Shown here: positions 27,127-40,379 of the stretch, piece by piece
How positions within the stretch are numbered: position 1 is the first letter of the stretch
How the letters are laid out: every line of letters starts with the position of its first letter
NCBI GenBank assembly: GCA_047967505.1
Contig: CM106538.1
DNA length: 64,000 nucleotides
Strand: one strand, 5' to 3'
Source: Dipteris shenzhenensis
Taxonomy: Eukaryota
Notes under the pieces: model-generated
Databases searched by the model: none
What the model was told of the DNA's origin: nothing
Seen by the model: only the letters and a program-made list of their open reading frames with translations
Made by a program: the position numbers and the translations under genes

Positions 27127-28560
27127 GGGGAGATTTGGCCATGCGGCCAAATCTTCTGGCTTCTTTCAAAACATACAACATTTGGCCGTACAGCCAAATC
27201 TCCCTAGATCTTGGTGATTTCAAAGAAGCTATAAAGATTTGGCATCACAACTAAATCTTCCTAAACCCTGCTGCTTTGAAAAGATTTGGCCACACAACCA
27301 AATCTTCCTCGACACTCGTGATTAGAAAGAAGATAGTAAGATTTGGCTGCATGGCCAAATCTCCCTCGACCCTCATGATTAGAAGAAGCTAGTAAGATTT
27401 GGCCGCATGGCCAAATCTCCTTAGACCCAGGTGATTTAAAAGAAGCTAGAAAGATTTGGCATCACAACCAAATCTCCTCAAATCCTGTTGCTTTCAAAAG
27501 ATTTGGCCGCATGGCCAAATCTCCCTAGACCCTTGTGATTAGAAAAAAGCTAGCAAGATTTGGCCGCACAATCAAATTTCCCTAAACCCTCGTGACTTAT
27601 AAAAAGCTAGAAAGATTTCGCATCGTAGCCAAATCTCCCCAAACCTTAGTGCTTTGAAAAGATTTGGCTGAATAGCCAAATCTCCTTAAACCTGGTGCTT
27701 TGAAAAGATTTCGTTGCACAGCCAAATCTCCCCAAACCTGGTGCTTTGAAAAGATTTGGCTGCATGGCCAAATCTCCCCAAACCTGGTGCTTTGAAAAGA
27801 TTTGGCTACATGGCCAAATCTCCATAGACCCTTATGATTACAAAGAAGCTAGCATGATTTGACTGCACACAAATCTCCCCAAACCCTGGTGCTTTGAAAA
27901 GATTTGGCAGTATGGCCAAATCTCCATAGACCCTCGTGATTAGAAAGAAGCTAGCATGATTTGACCACACACAAATCTCCCCAAACCCTGGTGCTTTGAA
28001 AATATTTGGAAGTATGGCCAAATCTCCATAGACCCTCGTGATTAGAAAGAAGCTAGCAAGATTTGGCCACACGGCCAAATCTCCCTAAACCTGGTGCTTT
28101 GAAAAGATTTGGCCGCACGGCCAAATCTCCATAGACCCTTGTGATTAGAAAGAAGCTACCAAGATTTGACTGCACACAAATCTCCCCAAACCCTCGTGCT
28201 TTGAAAAGATTCAGCCGCACGGCCAAATCTCCATAGACCCTCGTGATTAGAAAGAAGTTAGCAAGATTTGGCCGCACGGCCAAATCTCCCTAAACCCAAG
28301 TGATTTAAAAGAAGCTAGAAAGATTTGACTGATTTGAAAGAAGCTAGCAAGATTTGGTTGCACAGCCAAATCTCTCTAGACCCTAGTGCTTTGAAAGAAG
28401 CCCACAAGATCTGGCCACAAGGCCAAATCTCCCCAAACTTTGGTGCTTTGAAAGAAGCCCATATGATTTGGCTACACATCTAAACCTCCCCTTCCAGTGC
28501 TTTAAAAGAAGCCCATAAGATTTGGCCGCACGGCCAATTCTCCCTAGTGTGGCCAAATTT
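27127..28560. repeat. Array of palindromic AGATTTGGCC-N4-GGCCAAATCT units (right array, ~28 copies, 45-58 bp period)
   Basis: Example agatttggccgcacggccaaatct at ~28106 and ~28265. Alternating linkers ccccaaacc(c)tggtgctttgaaa and ccatagaccctcgtgattagaaagaagctagca. Confidence 0.95.
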
Positions 28561-28648
28561 CCCTAGAATCTAGTACTTTTTCAAATCTACTACTAGGTCT
28601 AGTGTCAATTCTAGATTCTATTTCAGATATGTTTATCGATAATGTGTT

Positions 28649-29505
28649 TTGTCTAACTTTAAAGATTATAAAGATGATACTTTGTATATTGCTTGGGTCT
28701 TTTACAGGAAAGACACAAATGTGAAGAAGGTTGAGAAAGTTGTAAGTGGATTTACAGAGAAAAGCATACCTTGGTACTTTGACATATATAGTATTGAGGG
28801 AGCACAGTTGACACGAGTTCACTTATTTGTTTTGTTACCTAATAAAAGTGCATACACTTGTGTTGGATCGGTACATCAAATCACTGAAGATGTGGTTGGA
28901 AAAGAGGGAGATATTGGATTGTTGATCATTATAAATCAAAATAAGAAGTTTCTCTTGGATCCCAGTGATTATGAAGCATCTCGTATGAAGTCTGATGTAG
29001 ATGACAACATGCACTCAAGAGGCTGTGAATCAATTGATGGAAATAAAATTCACACAGTGACAACAATCATTCAATCATATCGCAAAGTTTCAGCAACATT
29101 AAAGAAGCGTAAGAGTGGGGAAGATAGTGGGGAAGGAACAAAGAAAGGTAAATCGACTATGGTTCAAGCACCAGGTGGTAGCGGAGAAGGAGCAAAGAAA
29201 GGAAAGCTAACTATAGTTGATCTACCACAAGAAGGAACACCTCCAGAGGGTATGCTAGCATTGTGGAAAGAAGTAGTGGTAGTGAATTGGAGCCAAGTGG
29301 AAAGGTCATAGGAAAAAAAGGGCAAAAGAAACCATCAAGCTTGGTGGAATATGAAAAATACTACCCATTCGGGTTGCATGCAACATTTTCAATTCCAGTT
29401 GCAAGATGTCAAAAAGCTCCTCCAAGCTATGTATATAGAGGGTTGAACAAAGAGCATGTGGATAAGCTTGCTGTAGACTTCGGTTATAACTCTAGGCCTC
29501 CTGTT
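28649..29505 (+). pseudogene. 5' part of the transposon cargo gene (N-terminal region plus start of a ParB-like domain); continues on the minus strand at 46113
   Basis: ORF 28649-29311 frameshifts into ...YYPFGLHATFSIPVARCQKAPPSYVYRGLNKEHVDKLAVDFGYNSRPP. It is cut by the inversion junction and joins in frame to VTVADLMPF at 46113 (minus). Confidence 0.7.
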
Positions 29506-32500
29506 GTTCTTCATTATGGAGCCATACTCCGACTGCATAGCCTCCATCCACCTATCATCACCCTGTGCCTCTTCAAGACACTTGGGTTCATCAGCACGGA
29601 TCACTTCTGTCATCAAAGCATAGTTGACCAAGTGTTCTTGCGCTCTTCTTTGCTCCTCTAATCTCTTGGACCGGCGGTGTTCAGATGGTTCCTCCTCAAT
29701 GGCTAGAGGTTCTCTACTGTCCAAAAGCTGCTTTACCCACTTTGGGAATGGCTTTTACCATTGTGGTTTTGTAGGCTCTTCTTTATCTTCTTTATCTTGA
29801 ATCCTCCCAAGCACTGTTGGGGGAGTTCGGTCTGCTGTTGGTGGTGATACTGCATGGATATCCTGGTCTTGGTTGTCTGGGAAGAAAGCATCCTCCTTCA
29901 ATTGATGCGGCTGTTCTGAGAAGACCACATCGCGACTTACTATTACCTTCTTGGTAACAGGGTTATAGAGACAGTAACCCTTCGCCTCTTCACTGTAGCC
30001 CAAGAAAATACACTTCTGGCTCTTTGGTTCCCATTTGATCCTATTACCATCAGGGACATGCACAAAACAGTCACATCCAAAAACTCTGAAATGTACAACT
30101 GAAGGTTTCTTACCAGTTTGGCTTGTAGTGGAGTCATCCCGTTTACAGCTTTCGTGTAGCTACGATTCATAATGTAAACTGTAGTGTTACATGCTTTAGC
30201 CTAGAAAGTCTTTGGCAAATCTTTCCCTTTCATCATACTCCTACCCATTTCACAGATGACGCGCATCTTGCATTCTGCTACTTCATTTTGCCCATTTCAC
30301 AGATGATGCGCATCTTGCATTCTGCTACTCCATTTTGCTAGGATGTATGTGGCAGGGGTTTCTGCCTCTTGATCCCGTGACTTTTGTAGTAACTCTCGAA
30401 TTCAGTTGATGTGAACTCTCCACCTCTTTCTGATCTCAATTTCTTCACCTTCTTCCCCGTTTCTTTCTCGACCAATACATGCCATTCTTTGAACTTACTA
30501 AAAGCCTCGTCTTTAGTCTTCAGGAAGTATATCCATATCCTTCTACTGTAGTCGTTGATCAGCATCATGAAGTAGTAGGAACCACCCAAAGCTTCCGTCT
30601 CCATCTTTCCACAGAGGTCCGTGTGAATGAGCTCTAAAGGATCCTTTGCCCTATTGGCGTCTTTAGGAAAGAACTGCCGATGCTGCTTGCCCATCATGCA
30701 AGCTTCACATACATCGAGCAGATCTAAAATTTCTAGTAGGTTTGCAATCATTCCACTTTTATGCATCTCCTTCAAAGAACTAAGGTTTAGATGACCAAAC
30801 CTCTCATGCCACAGCTTAGTGTTCTTCACATCGGCTCGAGCACTGAAAGCTAAGAGTTTGTAGATGTTGTTGCATCGTGTACCTTTACCAACGACCTTTC
30901 CTTGAAGATCTAGGATCTATGCACCATTCTTATCGAATTGAACTTTGAGGTCCCAATCCATGATCGCAGAAATGGACAACAAGTTCCTCTTGATATCTGG
31001 CACATAAAGAACATCGGCGGACAACTGTCTTACATGAGAGCAATCGTACCTTTTCCTTTTGCTAGACATTTTGCATCATTGCCGACTGCTACCAGGATGA
31101 CTGGTCATGTGGCATGATGCATAACTGTCAATGATCCAAGGTTCATCCACAGGTACATGAACTGCCTCCGTGCAAATCTCCTCAATTGCTATGAACAGCT
31201 CTACTGGTGTTGCCTGCGTGCTGTTGCTGGACTCTTTCTTTACTCTATTCTTCTCATCTGCAATCTTCTTTCAGCCCTCATTCTACTTGTGCCCTACCTT
31301 GTTGCAATAGAAGCACTTAATCTTCTTCTTTCTCTTTTTATCATCAGAAGAAGATGGGTTACTAGAGTCCTTACCCTTACCTTTCTTTGATCCAATGTAG
31401 AAAGCCAAATCTTCTCCAGTCCTCATCTTTTGACGCATCTCCTCCTCCAAAAGCATCACGCTGAAATCCTCAAAGTTGAGGGGCAGATTTTTGTTCTGCG
31501 TATTCAGTGCCGTAACAAGGCCATCATACTTTGGTGGGAGAATCCGTATACACCTTTGTGCTAGATTCTCGCTAGTGATGGTGATGCCAATCGCAGTCAT
31601 TTGATCGCGTAGATTCTTCACCCTAGTGATGAACTTCTCTACCACTTTAGACTTAGACAATTTCTCATTTGCAAGTTGAGTCTCTAGATTTTGAATTTGC
31701 GTTTGATTTGTGGTCTCATACTGATTTTTCAAGACCGTCCATGTCTCCTCCGCTGTGGTGACATGTTGAATTAACACCATGATGGAATCACTTACACTGC
31801 AGACAATAGAACACAATGCATTTGCATTTCTTCTTGTCCATGCGAGAATCTCATCCGCAGTTGGTACTATCTGTTGTCCTGCATTGGCTGGCCGGCCTCG
31901 CAACCGGCCTCACATCCACCCCAGTAGCAGTGTCCCAAAGCTCATATGCGCTTAGGATGGTCTTCATCTTGAACTTCCAAAGTGGATAGTTAGAGCCATC
32001 CAACTTTTCGCTTTTGCCGAATGGTCGGATTCGCAGTCTTGTGGGCTGGGCCATCTCTCACAATCTGCTCACAAATAGAAACACACTACCAAATCTTCTT
32101 GCTAGAGTTCGGGCTCTAATACCATGTAAGAAAACAATACAATGTCTGTGCTCAACAGATAACAGGATCTCGTATGCAAGAGAGAAAACCAGATAGTATG
32201 GAGAATAAAAAATTTGATTACTGTAGAACTAATACAATAGATGGCACTGCCTCCCAACCGTAGGCTCCTGTGAGAGAAGCTTCGATGGCATGCTGGAAAC
32301 AGTAGAGGACAGAGGCTAGATGCTAAGGAATCAGGGTTGCTATAGCCAGTGATGAAATGGGCTTCACGGGCTTGCTCTTATATAGCCACTAGTCATAGTC
32401 GGTTGGGCTCAATTGGGTGACCAACCCAGTCCGCCCAAAATGATCGATTGGGGGTCGGGGCCACCGACCATACAATATCATCTAGGACTCCAAACGGGCC

Positions 32501-32771
32501 CTGCAGCCCAAGAGTGGGCTGCCTTGGGAAATGCTCTGTCTACACTCAATGCGATTAGTCATGGGATGCATTCTCGCACTTGCATGTAGCCTAATTGGCA
32601 GTGTGCCAACTCCATCCAACCATTAGGCCACACATGGCCCCAATCTGGTGTCCAAACCAGGACCTACCGGATAACCGAGCTACTCAAATGCCTTCTCCTC
32701 ATATGGGGGGCTTACAAGTAGAGTTAGCTAGTTCCCGCATAGTTACACGAGAGTGGAGCATTGATATCTAA
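29502..32771 (-). mobile_element. Copia element 1, 5' part: 5' LTR (32125-32771), PBS, gag, protease, integrase, start of RT
   Basis: Met-tRNA PBS tggtattagagc (rc of 32113-32124). KLDGSNYPLWK gag, CFYCNKVGHK knuckle, WHERFGHLN...CEAC, HTDLCG, KCIFLGYSE. Ends at AMQSEYGSIMKNN. TSD GGAAT at 32772-32776. Confidence 0.95.
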
Positions 32772-32908
32772 GGAATATCATGCAACCGTGTGGCTGGTTC
32801 AACTCAAACACCAAAACCAGGCTGGCTTGGACTTAATGTGATTGTCGTAAACTAGATCGGTAGGTTGGAACATCATGCAATCCTGATTGCATTAGCTCAA
32901 ACACCAGT

Positions 32909-34375
32909 TAAGGCTAGAGGAGGTAGGCACTGGCTAGCAGAGAGGAGGTAAGCACTGGCAACAAAATGCTTTTTTGTTGGTTTAGGATTACCTGCAACCC
33001 CCACAAAATATAACCTCTAGTAAATCCCAAACAACCACTACGCTTGTTTCAGTAAATCCCAAACAAGGAACAATGTAAATCTCAAATAGTATACTAATCC
33101 CAAACAACCACTGAGCTTGGTTTAGTGACAATGACTCTGCATGAAGGACCATCTAATTCATAGGCTTAGATTAGCATTGAGTCGGAATCAGACTATAATA
33201 ACAATGACTATGCATGAGGGACCATCTAATTCACAGGCTCAAATTAGCATTGAGCCCAAATCATACTGTAATAAGTTCACTGTCTGCTGTCGAATGTTGT
33301 GCTCGAGTGAGCTCACCTCCAAGTTGAGTTCCCTCTTCCAGTACTGAAGGCATTCCCACAATTCCTCCTGCAATATGACCAATTATGAATGACACTCTTG
33401 GTAACTCTATGTTCCTCCTCCAAGTGATCAATCTCATCTACAACAATCTTGGGTTGCCGAGGGACCCCTTGTGAAATGGCTTCATCAAGCTTAGGACAAG
33501 CGGCAGGAAAGATGTCATTGCCTCTATGGCTCTCCATCTCTGTTCCTTCATTGCTGTTCCTTTACTCGAGACCTATTGGGTTTTTAAACTAGTTTTCTCT
33601 CCTACTATCCAAGATGTAATTTTTCACATATTCTAATCTGTCAAATCAAGCAGTCTTGACATGCTCAACGATGTAATCCAGTGAGATCTTTGCCATCAGT
33701 TGTATGATAGTTAAGGCTAGAGGAGGTAGGCATTGGCAACAAAATGCATTATTGTTGGTTTAGGATTAACTGTAATGCCCACAAAATATAACCTTTAGTA
33801 AATCCCAAACAACCACCACGCTTGTTTTAGTAAATCCCAATCAATAAATCACAAACTAGGAAAAATGTAAATCCCAAATAGTATACTAATCCCAAACAAC
33901 CACCGAGCATCTTTTAGTGTGACTGACCGTGCATGAGGGACTGACTAATTCATAGGTTCAGATAGCATTTGGTCAAATTAGAATGTAATAACAATGATTG
34001 TGTATGAGGGACCATCTAATTCATAGGCTTAGATTCGCATTGAGCTAGAATCATACTGTAATAACAATGACTTTGCATGGGGCACCACCCAGTTCACAAG
34101 CTTAGATTAGCATTTAGCCGGTCTATTAGGCTGTAATAACAATAGTTTAGGATGAGAACTATTGTTATTGTAGCCTGATGAACCAACTCAATGCTAATAT
34201 GATGTCCTATTTTGATCTTTCCTTTCTTCAATTGACTGTTATAACAACTTACTTTGCATGAGGGACCATCTAGTTCACAGGCCACCCAGATTAGCATTGA
34301 GTTGGAATCAGACTGTAATAGCAATGGCTTTTCATGAGGGACCATCTAACTTGCATGCTCAGATTAGCATAAAGT
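32909..34375 (+). repeat. Duplicated ~220-bp block (32909-33130 / 33710-33930) followed by ~69-bp tandem repeats
   Basis: The block starting gttaaggctagaggaggtaggca...taaatcccaaacaaccac occurs twice. The unit gcatgagggaccatctaattca.aggctcagattagcatt occurs twice at 33138-33275 and about 5-6 times at 33931-34375. Confidence 0.8.
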
Positions 34376-34689
34376 TGGACTGAGACTCTCATAATTGAGC
34401 ACAACCTTCGGCACTCGAGAAGGAGAACTCAACTTGGTGATAAGATGTAACATACTGAGAGCATGCGTCAATGTGCTAGAGCTCACCACCAGATTGAGTT
34501 CCCTGTTCATTGTTAAATGTTGTGCTCGATTGCGCTCAACACCAAGTTGAGTTTCCTATTACAATGCCTTGAAAGAAGTAATTCCTTCGTAACCCCTCCA
34601 GTGCCTTGAAAGAAGTTTCTATGATGAAGGCAATGCCTTGAAAGACTTGAAAGAAACATCTCATGACCAACCATGTTGCAAGATGGGGA

Positions 34690-37600
34690 TGTGGGGGTTA
34701 AAGGTCACTGTGCCTTTACCCCCATTATGTACAATACTCAAACACATATATAAATGAATGAAAAAGAAGATTAGGGTGGTTCTGCACCCGCTAAAACTTG
34801 TGTGGCTCCTCGGGGGGGTCACTATGTATAAACCCTCTATATCACGTGCGTTCAAGGCCTATTTCTAAAATCCCTTATCTGTAAATTTTTCATTAAGAAA
34901 ATGCACCCCTTTTCTATACAAATCTGTAAATTTTTCCCAAAACTAATTTAAATAGTCCCTTATGTATATTTATTTATGTAAATTTTAGAAATAAAAAATA
35001 TCCTTCTGTTGAACTCACGTGATAGGGTTACATATGATGAGTGACCCCCCCGAGTGTGGCTCTCTCTCTCTCTCTCCCTCTCTCTCCCTCTTCCGTTCTT
35101 GCTTCCGTTGAGAGCACTCTCAACTGGTATCAGAGCCCGGGTGATCTGGCTGAGCATGTGTGAATGCTTGGAAGCTCAGCAGCTCTGTGGGAGGAAGGAC
35201 AAGCTCTGTGGGAAGCTTTGTGGGCGACTTTACTTGCATCCGAGTGTACAGAGACCTTGGAGGAACCTTTGGAAAAGTTACTTTGGTTTTGCGAAGTGGT
35301 TTTGAGAGCTTGTTAAGTGTTTTCAAAGAGAAAGTCATTTTTTGATCTTTTCCCTGTTCCGTTCGATAACAGAGACTTCGTATTGACTTATAGAGGCAAC
35401 TATTGCTTGCTTTTGGTGTCCACTTCACTTCAGGAGCTTGGAAACACCTTCATTTTTGAATCTGGGATCATTTCATTGGATTTCTGACTCACTGTGTCAG
35501 TTTCTGCGTTTTTTGCCTGGGTGTTGGAACTCAAGTTTGGAGTAACCGTTTGTAGATCTGTCAGTTCCGATGGACTCAAGAGGTCTTAAAACTTCTACGT
35601 TACTCATCATTCGCACTCTGGTGGAGTTTACAAATAGCTCTGTTTCCAAAAACGTTTTTCAGTCCGTGTATTAGACCCAGTGATTGAGACCACGGTTTCC
35701 AAAACCGTCTGTCCCATTGCGTTTCGACGCCCAAAAACCCCTACCTGTCAGTTCTTGTGTGATTCGGTGGAGGATTTTCAGAGTTATAGATCTCTGTGTA
35801 TTCGATTTCGTCTCTCTATTATGCATTTTTCATTCTAAGGTTTTAAAACCTTAGATTTATGCCACATGGCAGTGGATAAGTGTTGACTCCCATTTCTCAC
35901 TCATTGGTTGGGATTTTGGAGTTCTGGTAGAAGAGAGATATTTGCAGATTTTCTTGCTAAGTCCAATTATGCAATGGCACCCATGTTTTGAGGCATCTCA
36001 CGTTCTATTTTCAGTAGCGGTCATTACCGTGGGACTATGATTTCTTGAGCATACCTTATGCAGATCACTCTGGTTGCAGAGTTTGAGCAGTGTGCGCTCA
36101 TTCGTGGTATGCATTGGGTTGTAGTGGATGATTTATAGGCCATTTGGATGCATTACGGTCCTTATTGGATGCGTTGATAGGCCCAAATTGCCTTGTGGGA
36201 TGCTATTTTTTATGGACGCTTTGCACATGGATGCTATTTTATGCTAAGGGACAGCTTTGACACATTGCAGGTGATGCACTGATAGTGCTATGCTCTCTTG
36301 GATGAGACATTATTGATGCATATGCCAATGGACGGTGTTTATGCTTGAGTCATTTGGCACTTATTGGCATTTTCTTTTGGGCCAGATTTGCTCATATGGA
36401 TGCATAGTATATGCACATGAGTCAGATGCATCTTTTGATGCTTAGAGCTTTGAGTTTTGGTGATATTTCACTCTATTGTGACATACACATTTGGGTGCAC
36501 CTAGTATTTGGTGTGATTCTCTCTTATAGGCACTAGCATTTGGGATTTTGTTTCATTTGCATCATGGCATCCTCTTCCATGTTTGAAAAGGAGTTTTTCA
36601 GCATTAAAAAGTTTGATGGGACAAACTTTTCTTTGTGGAAAGAACAAATAAGGGATGTGCTTATTCAAAAGAAACAGATTAAGCCCTTGGCAGGGATTGA
36701 AGCTAAGCCTGCAAATATGTCTGAGGATGATTGGAATGAGTTGGATGCATTAGCAAAGTCACTATTAGACTTCATCTTGCAGAGTCAGTTTATTTCACAG
36801 TAGTAAATGAGCAGACTGCGAAAGATTTGTGGAAGAAACTGTGTGCCACTTATGAGAAGGAAACTGCCTCTAATAAAGTTTACCTCATGAAGAGGTTGTT
36901 TGAGCTATAGATGAAGGAAGGGGTCTCCATTGCTTCTCACTTGAATGAATTCAATATTATTTTCAGCCAGCTTCAGGCTCAGAAGGTGAATTTTGATGTG
37001 AAGACTAAGGCAATATTTCTCTTATGTTCATTGCCATCCTCATGGGATACCTTCCGTATAGCTGTCAGTAACTCTGCACCTGGTGGAGTACTAAAATTTG
37101 ATGATGTTATGGGTAGCTTGTTGGCCGAGGAGATTAGACGGAAGTCTATGGATGGCAACAAGCAGGATGCAGCCTTAAATGTGCAAAGGGGTAGATCACA
37201 GTTCAGGGGGAAGTCCCAAGAAAGAGGAAAGTCTCGTAGCAAATCCAGGGCACGGAACATTGAGTGTTACCATTGTGGCAAGAAGGGCCATATGAAAAAG
37301 GATTGCTACAAGCTGAAAAGAGAGCAAAAGGATAAGAAAAAGAATGCAAATTGGGGTGCAAATCAAAAGGAAGAGAGTCCAAGGGAGGACAAAGGAAAAG
37401 TGAAGATCGAGGAGATCAATGCAGTCACACATGATAGTGACAATGACGTTCTCTTCATGTCTAGTTTATCTACAGAGTTGCTTACCACTTCAGATGATGC
37501 ATATTCCTAGGATTGGATTTTGGATTCTGGTGCTTCATTCCATGTTACTCCCCATAGGGAATGGTTCTCCACTTATGACAGTGGAAAGACAGGTTGTGTT

Positions 37601-40379
37601 CATCTTGGAAATGACTATGCATGTGACATAGTGGGAGCAGGTGACATAAAGTTTTCTTTTGCAAATGGGTCTGCATTTGTTTTGAAACATGTGAGACATG
37701 TGCCTAAGCTGACCAAGAGTCTTATTTTAGTCGGTTAGCTAGATGATGCTGGTTTTCACACCACTTTTGGCTTTCAGAGTTGGAAAATTCAGAAGGGTTC
37801 TATGCTTTTGGCTAGGGGTGCCAAGTGTGGGACTTTGTATCCCTTACATTTATTAGGGGTATTTGATCATGTTGTTGTAATAACCGAGCAGCCAAGCACT
37901 TCTTTGTGGCATTGCAGGTTGGGGCACATGAGCCAGAATGGAATGAAACTCTTATGCCGTTTGGGTTATGTACTGCATTTGAGTTTCTCTGATTTTGAAT
38001 TTCGTAGCACTGTCTCTATGGGAAGCAGACTAAATTAGCCCATAAAAGAAGGGGAAAGAAAGAGTTTGAAAAGCTTGATTTGGTGCATTCAGACGTATGT
38101 GGTCCCATGCCTACACGGTCATTAGGCGGGGCTGAATACTATGTGACATTCATTGATGATGCAACTAGGAAAGTGTGGGCTTATGCTATAGCTCGGAAGA
38201 GTGATGTGTTCTAGGTATTTTAGAAATGGCTAGCCTTGGTTGAGAATCAGTCAGGTAGAACACTTAAATGCCTACGGGCTGACAATGGTGGAGAGTATCT
38301 CTCTCATGACTTTCAACATTTCTATGATACACATAGGATTAAGAGGGAGCTCACATCCCCTCGTACTCCAGAGCAAAATCCAGTTGTAGAAAAGATGAAC
38401 CGTACCATTCAAGAAAGGTTTCAATGCATGCTTTCCAATGCAAGTCTTTCTGGTGGTTTTTGGGCTGAGGCAATGAAGACTGCAGTGCATGTGATCAATA
38501 GATCACCTAGTAAGAGTTTGGATGGTGGTATTCCTGAAGAGGCATGGAGTGGCAAGAAGCCCTCTTACTCTCACTTGCATATATTTGGGTGTGAGGCATA
38601 TGCACATGTGCCAAAAGAGCTTCGAAAGAAGCTAGATCCTAAGTCTAGGAAATGCATCTTTCTGGGTTATGGTGAAAGTGGAGAGATGGGCTATCGTCTC
38701 TGGGATCCAAAAGCAAAGAAGATCATACGTAGCTATGATGTAGTCTTCAATGAGAAGAAGATGCATAAGGCACCCATGAGGGACATGGAAATCAGGAGAA
38801 TCACTTTCTAGGATGTGAATCCACCTGCATATGTTGATAGACAGCAAGCAGTCCATGCACCAAATGTGCAAGAAATGGTACCACCAAGTACTCCCACAGG
38901 TATACAATCAAAGGTAGATGATGGATCATCTATTGGTGGAAATGATGAGCCAAATGTGGCTGATATGCAGGTGGGACAGCAAGCTGAAATGCCCTTGAGA
39001 ATATCTTCTAGAGTGTCTAGACCGCCTGATAAGTTTGTTCCAGGGTAGACTATGTGATGCTTACTGATTGCGGGGAGTCTTCTTGCTACAGAGAGGCTAT
39101 GATGTGTGAGGATCAACGCAAGTGGGAGTATGCTATGCAATCAAAGATGAGTTCACTTATGAAGAATAAGACTTGGGACTTGGTTTCTTTGCCACATGGA
39201 AAGAAAGCATTGCCATGTAAATGGGTCTACAAAATGAAGGTCACAGGTGATGATGTGCCTAGGTACAAGGCCCGTTTGGTTGCTAAAGGGTTCAAGCAAG
39301 AGAAGGGTGTGGACTTTGATGAGATATTCTCTCCAGTAGTGAAGATGAACACACTTAGATGCATGCTTGGACTAGTGGCATTAGAGGATATGGAGCTTAT
39401 GTAGATGGATGTCAAGACAGCTTTCTTGCATGGGGATTTCCATGAGGAAATTTACATGGTGCAGCTGGAAGGCTTTGAAGAAAAGGGCAAAGAGCATTTA
39501 GTTTGCAAGCTAAAGAAGAGTCTCTATGGTCTTAAGCAAGCGCCTAGAGAATGGTATCAGAAGTTTGATGCTTTCATTCGGTCCCAGGGCTTTAGAAGGA
39601 GTGAAATTGATCACTGCCTCTACATTAAAAGGGCTAAGGATAATAGCCTGATAATCTTGGCACTATATGTGGATGATATGCTATTGGCTAGCAAGAATAC
39701 TTATGAGCTAGATGCATTAAAGGCCAAGTTGCATGATGCCTTTGATATGAAGGATTTGGGACTTGCAGGTCATATTCTTGGTATGCGCATCATGCATGAT
39801 CGGAGTAGGAAACTCCTTTGGCTTTCACAAAAAGAGTACGTTACAAAAGTATTGCAACATTTCAATATGGAGGGGGGGAAGTCAGTGAGTACCTCAGTGC
39901 CTCCATATGTGAAACTGAGTCATAGAGATAGTCCCGAATCAGATGAGGAAAGGGCCATGATGGCCAAGGTTCCTTATGCATCAGCAGTTGGGAATCTTAT
40001 GTATGCTATGATAGCTACTAGACCAGACATTGCATTTGCAGTGGGAGTTGTTAGCCGGTATATGGCTAATCCAGGAAAGAGGCATTGGGAGGCAGTTAAG
40101 TGCATCATGAGGTACATGAAGGGTACCAAGGAGATGTGCATCTACTTTGGTAGAGGAGACATGCGTGTACTTGGGTACACAGATTCAGACTATGCAGGGC
40201 ATGTGGATAGTAGGAGATCCACTTCACCTTTGCAGGTGGTGCAGTGTCGTGGATGTCTCGCGCACAGAAGTGCGTTGCTTTGTCTACCACAGAGGCTGAG
40301 TATGTTGCAGCCACAGAGGGTTGCAAGGAGGCTATATGGCTTGATCAGCTAGTGGGAGATTTGGGGATTCATACAGGTG
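34690..40379 (+). mobile_element. Copia element 2 (Tnt1-like organisation), 5' LTR (34690-35122) through RNase H; interrupted at 40379 by the DNA transposon
   Basis: PBS tggtatcagagc at 35125-35136. KFDGTNFSLWK, CYHCGKKGHMKKDC, ILDSGASFH, WHCRLGHMS, LRADNGGEY, TWDLVSLP, MDVKTAFLHG, LYVDDML, YTDSDYAG, VALSTTEAEY. Scattered TAG stops. TSD GGGGA at 34685-34689. Confidence 0.96.
34809..35054. mobile_element. 246-bp MITE inserted in the Copia-2 5' LTR
   Basis: TIRs ctcgggggggtcact / agtgacccccccgag. 8-bp TSD TGTGGCTC (34801-34808, 35055-35062). Absent from the other LTR. Confidence 0.93.

Larger units (their letters stand above)
20814..29501. mobile_element. Large DNA transposon (DUF7869/Sola1-like), transposase-bearing half
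   Basis: TIR aacaccatattagagaatttgggaaaatcct at 20814-20844 is 30/31 identical to 40380-40410. TSD half cacc at 20810-20813. Contains the transposase, palindrome arrays and the 5' part of the cargo gene. Confidence 0.85.

Noticed and set aside
27127-28560. CRISPR-like array of palindromic repeats
   Set aside because: The linkers are themselves repeated rather than unique spacers, there are no cas genes, and the context is eukaryotic TE DNA.
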